A stretch of DNA of 64,000 nt from assembly GCA_947176295.1 (NCBI GenBank), contig CAMWQB010000001.1, positions 4,760 to 68,759 on the forward strand, in the 5' to 3' direction. Position numbers and translations under genes: made by a program. The notes beneath the pieces were generated by a model. It saw only the letters and a list, made by a program, of their open reading frames with translations. It was not told the DNA's origin and did no database searches. Within the stretch, counting starts at the first letter, position 1. The number at the start of each line of letters is the position of its first letter. Source of the stretch: an uncultured Porphyromonadaceae bacterium (GTDB lineage Bacteria; Bacteroidota; Bacteroidia; Bacteroidales; Muribaculaceae). Shown piece by piece: positions 11,666 to 22,078 of the stretch.

Positions 11666-11785
11666 TTCTGTGTTGTTTTTAGTCTTTGTTTATTCTCTTG
11701 CCTCCTCGGCCCGGAGCACCTTTCAGCGCCCCGGCCTCGGCGGCTTTTCATATCTGTTCTTTCGTGTTGCAGTCTCTTGGCTGTA

Positions 11786-12091
11786 TCAGCACTTGATTTC
11801 CACTTCCACACCGCTGGGGAGCTCGAGCTTCATCAGAGCGTCCACGATTTTGGGCGTAGCGTTGTAGATGTCGATAAGGCGCTTGTAGCTGGAGAGCTCG
11901 AACTGCTCGCGGCTCTTCTTGTTCACGAAGGTGGAGCGATTGACTGTGAAGATGCGCTTATGCGTGGGCAGGGGGATAGGGCCGCTGATCACTGCGCCGA
12001 TAGACTTCACGGTCTTTACGATCTTCTCGGCGCTCTTGTCGACGAGGCTGTGGTCGTAAGATTTCAGTTTAATGCGAATGATGGGATTCAT
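11786..12091 (-). CDS. rpsJ: 30S ribosomal protein S10
   Basis: [17 protein letters not shown] and KKSREQFE motifs. Confidence 0.97.
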   Translation of the reverse strand: MNPIIRIKLKSYDHSLVDKSAEKIVKTVKSIGAVISGPIPLPTHKRIFTVNRSTFVNKKSREQFELSSYKRLIDIYNATPKIVDALMKLELPSGVEVEIKC

Positions 12092-12115
12092 ATTGCGGGT
12101 TGAATTTTTATTTTT

Positions 12116-14242
12116 TTACTTCAGAAGGTCGGCGCGGCCGTCGCACTCGGCGAGAACAGCCTTGGCAATCGAGGTCGAGACCTCGCTGTAGTGCGAGAAG
12201 CTCATCGTCGAGGTCGCACGGCCCGAGGTGATTGTACGCAGAGCCGTAACATAACCGAACATCTCGGCAAGAGGTGCCTTAGCCTTCACCACGCGGGCGC
12301 CGCTGCGGCTCGTCTCCATGCCCTCGACCTGACCGCGACGCTTGTTAAGGTCGGAGATCACGTCGCCCATGGATTCCTCGGGCGTTACAACTTCAATCTT
12401 CATGATGGGCTCAAGCAGCACGGGTCCTGCCTTCTCGCATGCCTTCTTGAAGGCCTGAATTGCGCAGAGCTCGAACGAAAGCTGGTCGGAGTCCACGGGG
12501 TGGAACGAACCGTCCAGAACCGTCACCTTCAGGTGCTCGACAGGGAAGCCGGCGAGAACACCGTTCTTCATTGCCGTCGTGAAGCCCTTCTGGATCGAGG
12601 GGATGAATTCCTTGGGAATGTTACCGCCCTTCACTTCGTCGACAAACTGCAGGTTGCCTTCGAAGCCTTCGTCGACGGGTTCCACACGCACGATGATATC
12701 GGCGAACTTACCGCGACCACCGGTCTGCTTCTTGAACACCTCGCGGAGCTCGACGGGACGGGTGATGGCTTCCTTGTAAGTAACCTGAGGACGACCCTGG
12801 TTGCACTCTACCTTGAATTCGCGGCGGAGACGGTCGATGATGATGTCGAGGTGAAGCTCACCCATACCGGAGATAACCGTCTGGCCGGTCTCCTCGTTGG
12901 TCTGAACACGGAAGGTGGGATCTTCCTCGGCCAGCTTCTGCAGGCCCACGCCCAGCTTGTCGAGGTCCTTCTGCGTCTTGGGTTCAACTGCAATACCGAT
13001 CACAGGTTCGGGGAATTCCATTGCCTCGAGAACGATTGGAGCATCCTCGGCGCAAAGAGTGTCGCCCGTGCGGATGTCCTTGAAGCCTACGCCTGCGCCG
13101 ATATCGCCGCAGCCGATCTTCTCCATCGGGTTCTGCTTGTTCGAGTGCATCTGGAACAGACGCGAGATGCGTTCCTTCTTACCCGAGCGTGCGTTCAGCA
13201 CATAAGAGCCGGCAACAACATCGCCTGAATATACGCGGAAGAAGCACAGACGGCCCACATACGGGTCAGTAGCGATCTTGAACGCAAGGGCGCACATCTT
13301 GGCATCGCTCGAAGGCTCGCGGGTCTCGATACGGTCGGGATCGTCCACTGCATGGCCTTCAACCGCACCTGCATCCAGAGGAGAGGGCAGATAAGCGCAG
13401 ACTGCGTCGAGCAGGCACTGCACACCCTTGTTCTTGAACGACGAACCACAGATCATCGGCACAAGATCCATCTTCAGCGTAGCGGCGCGGAGAGCGCGCT
13501 TGATTTCTTCGACAGTGATGGTGGAAGGATCGTCGAAATACTTGGCCATGAGGTCGTCGTCGTATTCGGCAATCTTCTCCAGCATGCTGTCGCGATACTG
13601 CTCGGCCTCATCGCGGAGGGCAGCAGGAATTTCTTCGATAGAATAGTCGGCGCCCATCGTCTCGTCATGCCAGAAGATAGCCTTCATGGCGATGAGATCT
13701 ACAACGCCCTTGAAGGTCTCCTCGGCGCCGATGGGAATCTGGATGGGGCAAGGATTTGCACCAAGCACGTCCTTGAGCTGCCGCACAACTTCGAAGAAGT
13801 TGGCACCGGAGCGGTCCATCTTGTTCACGTAGCCGATACGGGGCACGTTGTACTTATCGGCCTGGCGCCATACGGTCTCGGACTGAGGCTCAACGCCGCC
13901 TACTGCGCAGAACGTTGCGACAGCGCCGTCGAGGATACGCAGCGAGCGTTCTACCTCGACCGTGAAGTCCACGTGTCCCGGGGTGTCGATAAGATTGATT
14001 TTATACTTCTCGTCGAGATACTTCCAGAAGGTGGTCGTAGCTGCGGAAGTAATGGTGATACCGCGCTCCTGTTCCTGCTCCATCCAGTCCATGGTGGCTG
14101 CACCGTCGTGCACCTCACCGATCTTATGGGTCAGACCGGTATAGAAGAGGATACGCTCGGACGTCGTGGTCTTACCGGCATCGATGTGAGCCATGATGCC
14201 GATGTTGCGCGTATATTTAAGAAGTTCGTCAGATTTTGCCAT
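12116..14242 (-). CDS. fusA: Elongation factor G
   Basis: [19 protein letters not shown] and NKMD GTPase motifs; 708 aa. Confidence 0.98.
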   Translation of the reverse strand: MAKSDELLKYTRNIGIMAHIDAGKTTTSERILFYTGLTHKIGEVHDGAATMDWMEQEQERGITITSAATTTFWKYLDEKYKINLIDTPGHVDFTVEVERSLRILDGAVATFCAVGGVEPQSETVWRQADKYNVPRIGYVNKMDRSGANFFEVVRQLKDVLGANPCPIQIPIGAEETFKGVVDLIAMKAIFWHDETMGADYSIEEIPAALRDEAEQYRDSMLEKIAEYDDDLMAKYFDDPSTITVEEIKRALRAATLKMDLVPMICGSSFKNKGVQCLLDAVCAYLPSPLDAGAVEGHAVDDPDRIETREPSSDAKMCALAFKIATDPYVGRLCFFRVYSGDVVAGSYVLNARSGKKERISRLFQMHSNKQNPMEKIGCGDIGAGVGFKDIRTGDTLCAEDAPIVLEAMEFPEPVIGIAVEPKTQKDLDKLGVGLQKLAEEDPTFRVQTNEETGQTVISGMGELHLDIIIDRLRREFKVECNQGRPQVTYKEAITRPVELREVFKKQTGGRGKFADIIVRVEPVDEGFEGNLQFVDEVKGGNIPKEFIPSIQKGFTTAMKNGVLAGFPVEHLKVTVLDGSFHPVDSDQLSFELCAIQAFKKACEKAGPVLLEPIMKIEVVTPEESMGDVISDLNKRRGQVEGMETSRSGARVVKAKAPLAEMFGYVTALRTITSGRATSTMSFSHYSEVSTSIAKAVLAECDGRADLLK

Positions 14243-14285
14243 TATTGATATATGGAAAATAAATATTTACCTGAAAAATCAATTA

Positions 14286-14762
14286 TTAGAAGCGGAAGTG
14301 AGCGAAAGCACGGTTGGCCTCGGCCATCTTGTGCATGTCTTCTTTGCGCTTGTAAGCGCCGCCCTGATTGTTGAAAGCGTCAACGATTTCAGCTGCAAGC
14401 TTGTCAGCCATCGTCTTGCCGCCACGTTTGCGGGCGTATGCGATGAGATTTTTCATGGATATCGACTCCTTGCGGTCCGCACGGATTTCAGTCGGAACCT
14501 GGAAGGTAGCACCACCGACGCGGCGGCTCTTTACCTCTACAGTAGGAGTGATGTTCTCGAGGGCCTTTTTCCAGATATCGAGAGCGCTGAGCTCTTCGTT
14601 AGGCATCTTGGTCTTGACTGTGTCAAGAGCATCGTAGAAAATAGCGAAAGCGGTATTTTTCTTACCGTCATACATGAGGTGATTCACAAACTTGGTCACT
14701 CTCACGTCGTCGAAGACGGGATCCGGAAGGATCACACGCTTCTTAGGCTTGGCCTTTCTCAT
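14286..14762 (-). CDS. rpsG: 30S ribosomal protein S7
   Basis: [12 protein letters not shown] and [13 protein letters not shown] motifs. Confidence 0.97.
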   Translation of the reverse strand: MRKAKPKKRVILPDPVFDDVRVTKFVNHLMYDGKKNTAFAIFYDALDTVKTKMPNEELSALDIWKKALENITPTVEVKSRRVGGATFQVPTEIRADRKESISMKNLIAYARKRGGKTMADKLAAEIVDAFNNQGGAYKRKEDMHKMAEANRAFAHFRF

Positions 14763-14977
14763 TTTTGTTTGCGGGGATGTGTTTTCAGATTGCTTGGTTG
14801 CCTGTTTCTTATCGTCTTCAGCGCGGGCCTCTGCCTCAGCGCTTACTCAACCGTTGTCTGTTAGCTGCAAGAAATCAAAAAACGAGTTTTTAATTTTTTT
14901 GTTGTTAAAATCTCGCGGTGCGTTCAGTTATGATCTTCACCCGGACTTCTCTTCCGTTCGCCGGAAAATACGTCGGA

Positions 14978-15367
14978 TTACTTCTTGGCTGCACCGGCCT
15001 TGGGACGCTTGGCGCCGTACTTCGAGCGACGCTGAGTGCGGTCTTTCACGCCTGCCGTGTCGAGGGTGCCGCGAACGATGTGGTAGCGAACACCGGGAAG
15101 ATCCTTCACACGACCGCCGCGTACCAGCACAATGGAGTGCTCCTGCAGGTTATGGCCTTCGCCGGGGATGTAGGAGTTTACCTCCTTGCCGTTGGTGAGG
15201 CGCACACGAGCAACCTTACGCATTGCCGAATTAGGCTTTTTGGGGGTCGTGGTGTACACACGCACGCAAACACCGCGACGCTGAGGGCACGAGTCAAGTG
15301 CGGGCGACTTACTCTTATCCTCGAGAGCCACACGTCCTTTTCTTACTAATTGCTGAATAGTAGGCAT
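14978..15367 (-). CDS. rpsL: 30S ribosomal protein S12
   Basis: [11 protein letters not shown] and [12 protein letters not shown] motifs. Confidence 0.98.
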   Translation of the reverse strand: MPTIQQLVRKGRVALEDKSKSPALDSCPQRRGVCVRVYTTTPKKPNSAMRKVARVRLTNGKEVNSYIPGEGHNLQEHSIVLVRGGRVKDLPGVRYHIVRGTLDTAGVKDRTQRRSKYGAKRPKAGAAKK

Positions 15368-15513
15368 CTTAGTTCTTTGGTTTGTAACTTGTGTTGATTA
15401 ATTGTATTTCGTTTCTTTCAATTCAAATTTATGCACCCATCAAACGGCAGCTCATCGCTCTATCTATCAGATATTTGCGACAGCCACACATTCAAGGGCC
15501 CACTTTTTCACGG

Positions 15514-15545
15514 CAAAGTTAGCGATTTTATTTCTAAAAACCAAA
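15514..15545 (-). promoter_or_regulatory. Bacteroidetes sigma-A promoter of the str-S10-spc superoperon
   Basis: Minus strand TTTG (15545-15542), 20 nt spacer, TAACTTTG (15521-15514). Confidence 0.75.
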
Positions 15546-15576
15546 CATTTAAGAAAAATTTTTATCCTCCCCTTTT

Positions 15577-16917
15577 TCATCTCTCCGAAATCCAGCTCGC
15601 GATGAGTTCGAGGACTTCAGGCGAAATCGTCTGCGATATGCCGCCATAGTTCATCGACCCGGCCCGCGTCGGCGAGCGTTGGAACATATGGTTCAACCCC
15701 TCCGGCGCAACAGTCTTGGCCCCGGGAAGAACCCCTGCGATGGCACGGAGATTCATCTCGCTGTCCACTTGCACATCCCACGTGCCGTTGAGGGCAAGCA
15801 CAGGGCACTTTACCTTAGCGAGATACTCTCCGGGGTCGAGTTTCACAAAAGCGATATACCACGGCGAGGTCATCGCCGCAATGCCCGCATCGAGTTCCGC
15901 GTCCGAAAAATTCGGATGCAGTTCCTTCATCAAGGGTCGCAGATCCTTTGCAATCGACAGCGAATCCTCTCCCTCGGCAATCGCGCGGAAAGCCTTGCGC
16001 AACGTGCCGACAGCTTCCTCGCCAAGCGGCTCCCCGCGAAGGGCCGTAACTTCTGTATTTTGCTTCACAATCAGGTCTTCGCCCTTCACGGCCATGCCCG
16101 CGAGGCTCACCACGAAGCCCACTTTATCAGGCCACTCTGCCGCATTTATAAATGCCAGAGTGCCGCCCTCGCTATGGCCCAGAATCCCCACCTTCGAAGA
16201 ATTGATTTCTTCGCGTCCGCGAAGAAAATCCACAGCAACCATCACATCCGCAGCATTGTCGGCACTCGTCTCATTGCCCTTCCGGGGACTGCTCTTTCCT
16301 GCTCCGCGGTCGTCGAAGCGCAGGACGGCAATCCCTGAGCGCGTGAGCTTGTCGGCAATCACCGCAAACGGCTTGTGGCCGAAGAGTTCCTCGTCCCGGT
16401 TCTGCACCCCGCTCCCGCTGGCAAGAACCACGGCCGTATACCCGCCCGGCCTCGTCGGGGGCTCCGACGGAATCGTCAGCGTTCCACTCAGCTCCACATC
16501 GCCATTCCGGAAGCTCACCTCCTCCTCGCGATACTCGAAAGGCCCGACAGGCGTCTGAGGCCGATCCGGATACATATCAGCCTCCACACCTCTCGCCATT
16601 TCTATCTGCATGGGAATACCCTGGACAAACAATCCCCTCATCTTGTCGGCACCGGGTCGATACACGCCCCGGAAGCTCGCACCCAGCTTCTTCAGAGATA
16701 TATTGAGGGTATCGCCGTTGACCCGTGCAAAATCGCACGGAATCTCCGATGCGCCTTGGGCCGGCGACGAGAGCGTTGCCGTACTATCGTTCACAACGTG
16801 TATCACCAAAGGCAACTGCCCGAGAAGCATCCCTTTCCACACACCATAAATCTCGCCCCGGACCTGCCCGGCAATCAGACACACAGCCACACAAAGAAAA
16901 GCAAAAATACGTTTCAT
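15577..16917 (-). CDS. Exported alpha/beta-fold serine hydrolase (peptidase S9/S15-like)
   Basis: Signal peptide MKRIFAFLCVAVCLIAG; GHSEG nucleophile elbow, DVQV Asp and LNH His; start moved to 16917. Confidence 0.8.
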   Translation of the reverse strand: MKRIFAFLCVAVCLIAGQVRGEIYGVWKGMLLGQLPLVIHVVNDSTATLSSPAQGASEIPCDFARVNGDTLNISLKKLGASFRGVYRPGADKMRGLFVQGIPMQIEMARGVEADMYPDRPQTPVGPFEYREEEVSFRNGDVELSGTLTIPSEPPTRPGGYTAVVLASGSGVQNRDEELFGHKPFAVIADKLTRSGIAVLRFDDRGAGKSSPRKGNETSADNAADVMVAVDFLRGREEINSSKVGILGHSEGGTLAFINAAEWPDKVGFVVSLAGMAVKGEDLIVKQNTEVTALRGEPLGEEAVGTLRKAFRAIAEGEDSLSIAKDLRPLMKELHPNFSDAELDAGIAAMTSPWYIAFVKLDPGEYLAKVKCPVLALNGTWDVQVDSEMNLRAIAGVLPGAKTVAPEGLNHMFQRSPTRAGSMNYGGISQTISPEVLELIASWISER

Positions 16918-16918
16918 A

Positions 16919-18436
16919 TCACCGACTTTTATAGTTTTCAATCCTTCGATAGACTTTCCCACCAACCGGCAAAGATACAGAATTCGAATCCGCAACAACC
17001 TCTTCATATCCCTCGGCATAATCCGGAATCGACGTCATTCCGGGCGAAATCGCCGAGAGAATCCAGCGCGGCTTAACATGACTAAATTGTACGAGTATAT
17101 CACGGTCGGCACAAGCATCCACCTGACGATGCATCATCTGGAGATAAAAATATTTTCCCGCCGGAGTGTAACCAAGTCTGTTTAACGCGCTTGAAGGTCC
17201 TACCGCCCCATAAGTGTATACGTAATCACGCTCAGCCTCCGGTATAAGTTCAGTTATCGCCTTGACCCAAGATAGTTCGTCGCAATTATTGGCGGTCTGC
17301 ACTTTGTGCCTTATTTCAGACAATCGTGCATGACCGACAAAAAACATCGAAGGCAAAAGTACCACAGAACTAACTACAATCATCCATCTGTATAGCCGAA
17401 CACTACAACACCATGACATCTGAATCACCAGCACAATCATCGGAACCCCCATCATGAAATAATGAAGATAAGTCTCCCCACTCAAAAATACCAAGAACGT
17501 AAGCGCAGCCGGACTTGCAACAAGCGCAAAATACCTTCGCCCCTTCTCCAGTCCATAAATCCACGACACATAGATTGCCAGAGCGCACGGGAGAAGATTG
17601 AATATGTTCATGATATATTTTCCGACGGTCATACCCCCAACAATATCGGGCCATTCCTTCATATAGGAAAGATTGAAGAGGTAATTCGCATACATCATGT
17701 CATCAAGAGCACCTTCAGCATGAAAGTACAGAACGAAGGGAAGGACCGCCAGCGCAAGGCCGCACAAAAAGCTCACAACACTCTTCAGAAGTATCGTATA
17801 CATTCTATATTTCCACATGTACAGCGCCACAACCATGACTATTCCGGCAATAATGCAATTATTGTTAATCCTCAGCACAGCCACACACCCGAAACAAAAT
17901 CCCGTTACAAAAGCTACGCGCCACCACCGGCCATCTTCACCGCTTCGGAAATGACGAAGCACCATATATAGAGGAAGCAATTCCGCCGGAAGGCTCCACT
18001 GCTCCACGGTGTTTCCCCCGTCAAGGTAGAGAGCATAAGCACATATCCCAAACATCAGGGCCACCGCATTTCCTCGGGAAGACGCCTCCAACATCCGGCC
18101 GCAGCGATACATCAGCTCAAACGACACTGTCGCCGCAAGCACACCCAGCAGCCATATGCCCAACTTCCCGTGTCCGAACAACGCGCCAATAATCTGGATC
18201 ACATACAACAGCGGGCCTTTATTGTCGAAAATATCACGATATGGCACAGCACCACGGGCCCATGCATCTCCAACAGTTTTGAACACTGCATAATCGTAGC
18301 TCGCCTGCGGAAAGAGAATACTCGCCTCGGAAGGAAAAACGAGCATAACGAGCACAGCGGCAAGGACAAACACCAAGGCTCGCCTCCAACCCCTCTCAAG
18401 CACATCCGTCCAACGCATCCGAGAACTCAAACCCAT
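16919..18436 (-). CDS. Multi-pass membrane GT-C-type glycosyltransferase (ArnT/PMT-like)
   Basis: About 11 hydrophobic segments, early loop with D-Y and PYRDIFDNKGPLLY, soluble C-terminal domain. Confidence 0.6.
   Translation of the reverse strand: MGLSSRMRWTDVLERGWRRALVFVLAAVLVMLVFPSEASILFPQASYDYAVFKTVGDAWARGAVPYRDIFDNKGPLLYVIQIIGALFGHGKLGIWLLGVLAATVSFELMYRCGRMLEASSRGNAVALMFGICAYALYLDGGNTVEQWSLPAELLPLYMVLRHFRSGEDGRWWRVAFVTGFCFGCVAVLRINNNCIIAGIVMVVALYMWKYRMYTILLKSVVSFLCGLALAVLPFVLYFHAEGALDDMMYANYLFNLSYMKEWPDIVGGMTVGKYIMNIFNLLPCALAIYVSWIYGLEKGRRYFALVASPAALTFLVFLSGETYLHYFMMGVPMIVLVIQMSWCCSVRLYRWMIVVSSVVLLPSMFFVGHARLSEIRHKVQTANNCDELSWVKAITELIPEAERDYVYTYGAVGPSSALNRLGYTPAGKYFYLQMMHRQVDACADRDILVQFSHVKPRWILSAISPGMTSIPDYAEGYEEVVADSNSVSLPVGGKVYRRIENYKSR
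16970..16977 (-). promoter_or_regulatory. Putative -7 promoter element for the hydrolase (inside the upstream gene)
   Basis: TATCTTTG on the minus strand. Confidence 0.5.
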
Positions 18437-18437
18437 A

Positions 18438-19892
18438 TCACTTTCCTGCTGCCTTCAGATAGTCCTCGATTCCGGCAACGATTTTCTGCGCCACGAGGCG
18501 GCGGAAGGCCGGGTCGGCCAGCTTCTCTTCCTCCTGTAGCGAACTCATGAACATCCCTTCCACGAGCACCTCGGGAAATTCCGTTAGCCCGTTTAGGGAG
18601 AAATTAAAATTCTGCACTATCCCGAATAGAGGCAGCCCCGTTTCAAGCAGCCGAGCGGTTACAGCCTCTGCCAACGGCCGACAGAACAGATGCTTATAAA
18701 GAACCGCCGTGCCGGGCGAACTGAGAGCCCCGCCGCCCGAATTATTGTGCACCGAAACTGCGAGGTCCACCCCACCCTCGCGCCATATCCGCTTCCGCTC
18801 CGACATCGACGGGCCCGTGTCGCCGTCGCGGGTCATCACCACCCGAGCCCCCTTGGCTTCCAGCATCGCCTTGACGTGGTTTACAATATCGAGATTCACC
18901 TCCTTCTCCACGAGGCCCGAAGGCGAAATTGCCCCCGGATACTGTCCCCCGTGCCCGGCATCAAGGCCGATTGTAAGATTCTTGAGCGCAAGCGACTGGG
19001 GCCTGTGGCGCACATCAATCACAAGGTTTGTCCCTTCGTATCCCACATGGAAGCCCCACTGCATCCCGGGCTTCAGTCGGAGAATTACACGATAAACATC
19101 GGAATCCACCTGTCGGAAATCCACATACTCGATAGCTCCGAGCGTCAGCGTGCGCTGTGTAATCCAGTTGCTGTTATCGGTCGCGCCGAAAATATCCACC
19201 GTAATAGTGGAAGGCTCGAGCTCTGTGGCATAATGATATGCCAGCCGACGCGGCAGCGAAACACTCACCCTGTCCGTCCGCCCCTCGTCCTTTACACTCC
19301 AGCTGCCCGTATTCACGCTCTCTCCATCACCGGGCGCGACAGCCGTCCTGGAATACTCCTTCGGAAGATACGCCAAACGATTGTGGCCCAGAGCCACGCA
19401 GTAGAGCGAGCCCTTCTCTCCAAGAGCCTTCAATACTATCCCTCCATCGATAAATCCCATCTTGGAGCCCCCGAGCCGATCCTGGCCATTTCCATACTGC
19501 AGATATGCCCCGGGGAGCGTCTCAATATATCGGGGCTCAATAAACCGAGCTTCTGCCGCCGCAGGCTTGGCCTCGCGCTTCGGAGCCGGAATAGTGTCGT
19601 AAAAAATATTCAGGACCTTCCCGGCCTTGCGTGCGCCCGAACTTACTCTCACATCCACCTGATTGAGCCCCGGACGCAAATCGACCTTCGCACCGAAGGA
19701 GCCGGTGCGATAGACATGGACAGACTCTCCTCCAATAGAAGCCTCGGCTCCGGGCTCCGTAACCGCCACTATCGTGGTGGACGCGGTTCGGATCGTATCC
19801 GGGGCCCCGGAATATATCTTCAGCGAAAGAGATTCATCGGCATTTGCCAGGAGCGCCGACACTCCGAATGCAAGGGCAAAAAACTTTTTCAT
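18438..19892 (-). CDS. N-acetylmuramoyl-L-alanine amidase (Amidase_3) with signal peptide
   Basis: GLDAGHGG, EKEVNL, SVHNN and VLVEGMFMS motifs; start MKKFFAL at 19892. Confidence 0.85.
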   Translation of the reverse strand: MKKFFALAFGVSALLANADESLSLKIYSGAPDTIRTASTTIVAVTEPGAEASIGGESVHVYRTGSFGAKVDLRPGLNQVDVRVSSGARKAGKVLNIFYDTIPAPKREAKPAAAEARFIEPRYIETLPGAYLQYGNGQDRLGGSKMGFIDGGIVLKALGEKGSLYCVALGHNRLAYLPKEYSRTAVAPGDGESVNTGSWSVKDEGRTDRVSVSLPRRLAYHYATELEPSTITVDIFGATDNSNWITQRTLTLGAIEYVDFRQVDSDVYRVILRLKPGMQWGFHVGYEGTNLVIDVRHRPQSLALKNLTIGLDAGHGGQYPGAISPSGLVEKEVNLDIVNHVKAMLEAKGARVVMTRDGDTGPSMSERKRIWREGGVDLAVSVHNNSGGGALSSPGTAVLYKHLFCRPLAEAVTARLLETGLPLFGIVQNFNFSLNGLTEFPEVLVEGMFMSSLQEEEKLADPAFRRLVAQKIVAGIEDYLKAAGK

Positions 19893-19915
19893 GGTCGAAT
19901 ACTGTGATTTGAGTA

Positions 19916-19923
19916 CAAATCTA
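19916..19923 (-). promoter_or_regulatory. Putative -7 promoter element of the amidase-GT-hydrolase unit
   Basis: TAGATTTG on the minus strand, 23 nt upstream of the ATG. Confidence 0.5.
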
Positions 19924-19944
19924 CGCTTTTCAATCCGTAAAAAC

Positions 19945-19992
19945 AAAAAAACGGGCATCGTTTCAGGCACAAGACCATGGAAACGACGCCCG
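19945..19992 (-). terminator. Rho-independent terminator after rpsA
   Basis: Inverted repeat cgggcatcgtttc (19952-19964) / gaaacgacgcccg (19980-19992), followed by a T-run on the minus strand. Confidence 0.65.
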
Positions 19993-20048
19993 CTGTTGTT
20001 TCAGCGTCTATGCCCCGGGGGGGGGATAGTTGGGGCACACATCGCAAA

Positions 20049-21833
20049 TTACTTCGAGAGCTTCTCCTTGAGGGCAGCCAGCGAGGCGAGGTCGCCCAGC
20101 GTGGTCTTCTCAAGAGGAGTGGTCTGAGCTGCGGGAGCAGCCTCTTCCTGCTTCTTGGCAGGACGCTTGGCAGCCTTGCGCTCAGCAGCCTTCTCCGCAC
20201 GAGCCGGATCCTCGAAGGTGCGGCTGTGGCTTACGATGATGCGCTTGTTGTCCTTGTTGAATTCGATCACCTTGAAGGGGAGCTTCTCATCCACCTTGGC
20301 CGTGGTGCCGTCTTCCTTAACGAGGTGCTTGGGCGTAGCGAAGCCCTCAACACCGTAAGGCAATGCCACTACAGCACCCTTCTCGAGCATCTCGACGATG
20401 GTGCCCTCGTGAACGGAATCCTTCGTAAATACGGTTTCGAATACGTCCCAGGGATTCTCCTCGAGCTGCTTGTGGCCGAGGGAGAGACGACGGTTGTCCT
20501 TGTCGATGTTGAGAACCTCAACTTCGATGTCGGCACCGATCTGAGTGAATTCGCTGGGGTGCTTGATCTTCTTGGTCCACGAGAGGTCGGAGATGTGGAT
20601 AAGACCGTCGACACCTTCTTCGATTTCTACGAATACGCCGAAGTTGGTGAAGTTGCGCACCTTAGCCGTGTGGCGGCTGCCGATAGCATACTTCGTGTCG
20701 ATATCCTCCCAGGGATCCTTCTTGAGCTGCTTGATGCCAAGGCTCATCTTGCGGTCGTTGCGGTCGAGAGTAAGGATCTGAGCCTCAACTTCGTCGCCAA
20801 CCTTCAGGAAGTCCTGAGCACTGCGCAGGTGCTGGCTCCACGACATTTCGCTCACGTGGATGAGACCTTCAACGCCGGGGGCAACTTCGAGGAATGCACC
20901 GTAGTCGGCCATAACCACAACCTTACCCTTCACGCGGTCGCCAACCTTGAGTTCGGGATCCAGAGCCTCCCAGGGATGAGGGAAGAGCTGCTTCAGACCC
21001 AGGGCGATACGCTTCTTCTCGTTGTCGAAATCAAGGATAACGACATTGAGTTTCTGCTCGAGAGCCACAACCTCCGAAGGATGGTTGACGCGGCCCCACG
21101 AGAGGTCGGTGATGTGAATCAGACCGTCGACACCGCCAAGGTCGATGAACACACCATAGGAAGTGATGTTCTTGACGGTGCCTTCGAGCACCTGCCCCTT
21201 TTCGAGGTGTGAGATGATTTCGCGCTTCTGAGCCTCGAGCTCGGCTTCGATCAGCGCCTTGTGCGATACAACGACGTTCTTGAACTCTTCGTTGATTTTC
21301 ACAACCTTGAATTCCATCGTCTTGCCAACGAACACGTCGTAGTCGCGGATGGGCTTAACATCGATCTGCGAGCCGGGGAGGAAAGCCTCGATGCCGAACA
21401 CGTCGACGATCATACCGCCCTTTGTGCGGCACTTGATGTAGCCCTGGATGATGTCGTTGTTCTCGAGGGCAGCATTGATGCGGTCCCAGGAACGGGCGGC
21501 GCGAGCCTTCTTGTGGCTCAGGATCAGCTGGCCCTTCTTGTCTTCCTGGTTCTCGATGAACACTTCCACCTTGTCGCCGACCTTGATGTCGGGATTGTAG
21601 CGGAATTCGCTCATGGGGATGATACCGTCGGACTTGTAATCGATGTTAACAACGGCCTCACGCTTGTTGAGGGCGATGATCGTACCTTCAATTACGTCCT
21701 TATCCTTTACGGAGTTGAGAGAGTCCTCATAAGCCTTGGTGACCTGTTCGCGGCTCTGATCGCTGACGGTTTCACCGTTCTCATAGGCTGCCCAATCGAA
21801 ATCTTCGATCGGAGAATTTTTCAATTCTGTCAT
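20049..21833 (-). CDS. rpsA: 30S ribosomal protein S1
   Basis: Repeated S1 domains (DLGGVDGLIHITDLSW, VEGLIHVSEMSW, DGLIHISDLSW). Confidence 0.97.
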   Translation of the reverse strand: MTELKNSPIEDFDWAAYENGETVSDQSREQVTKAYEDSLNSVKDKDVIEGTIIALNKREAVVNIDYKSDGIIPMSEFRYNPDIKVGDKVEVFIENQEDKKGQLILSHKKARAARSWDRINAALENNDIIQGYIKCRTKGGMIVDVFGIEAFLPGSQIDVKPIRDYDVFVGKTMEFKVVKINEEFKNVVVSHKALIEAELEAQKREIISHLEKGQVLEGTVKNITSYGVFIDLGGVDGLIHITDLSWGRVNHPSEVVALEQKLNVVILDFDNEKKRIALGLKQLFPHPWEALDPELKVGDRVKGKVVVMADYGAFLEVAPGVEGLIHVSEMSWSQHLRSAQDFLKVGDEVEAQILTLDRNDRKMSLGIKQLKKDPWEDIDTKYAIGSRHTAKVRNFTNFGVFVEIEEGVDGLIHISDLSWTKKIKHPSEFTQIGADIEVEVLNIDKDNRRLSLGHKQLEENPWDVFETVFTKDSVHEGTIVEMLEKGAVVALPYGVEGFATPKHLVKEDGTTAKVDEKLPFKVIEFNKDNKRIIVSHSRTFEDPARAEKAAERKAAKRPAKKQEEAAPAAQTTPLEKTTLGDLASLAALKEKLSK

Positions 21834-21905
21834 TTAAAATTAGTTAGTAAATATGGTTTATTAATTCGCATTGCCCGGTCCCGATAGGCCGGACGCTTTG
21901 CAGCG

Positions 21906-21937
21906 CAAAGATACAACTTTTCCCCCATCCCACCAAA
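21906..21937 (-). promoter_or_regulatory. sigma-A promoter of rpsA
   Basis: TTTG, 20 nt spacer, TATCTTTG on the minus strand. Confidence 0.75.
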
Positions 21938-22025
21938 CATTTACGTAAAAATATACACTCCGCAGATTTTGCTGCATATCAAGGCCGCCTCAACAAGCAA
22001 GTTTCCGCTCAACCCGGCGGATTTT

Positions 22026-22057
22026 TTTGCCCATCTCAAAAATTATCACTACCTTAG
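22026..22057 (+). promoter_or_regulatory. Putative promoter of the Rhs array (variant -7 element)
   Basis: TTTG (22026-22029), 20 nt spacer, TACCTTAG (22050-22057); one mismatch to TAnnTTTG. Confidence 0.5.
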
Positions 22058-22078
22058 AGCGCCCAAATCTCCTCGACC

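Noticed and set aside
20011-20037. G9 tract, plus C-runs after several stop codons (about 33487, 51323 and 60099), as phase-variation sites
   Set aside because: All are intergenic and not between promoter elements; the G9 lies in a hairpin loop after rpsA; no functional link is visible
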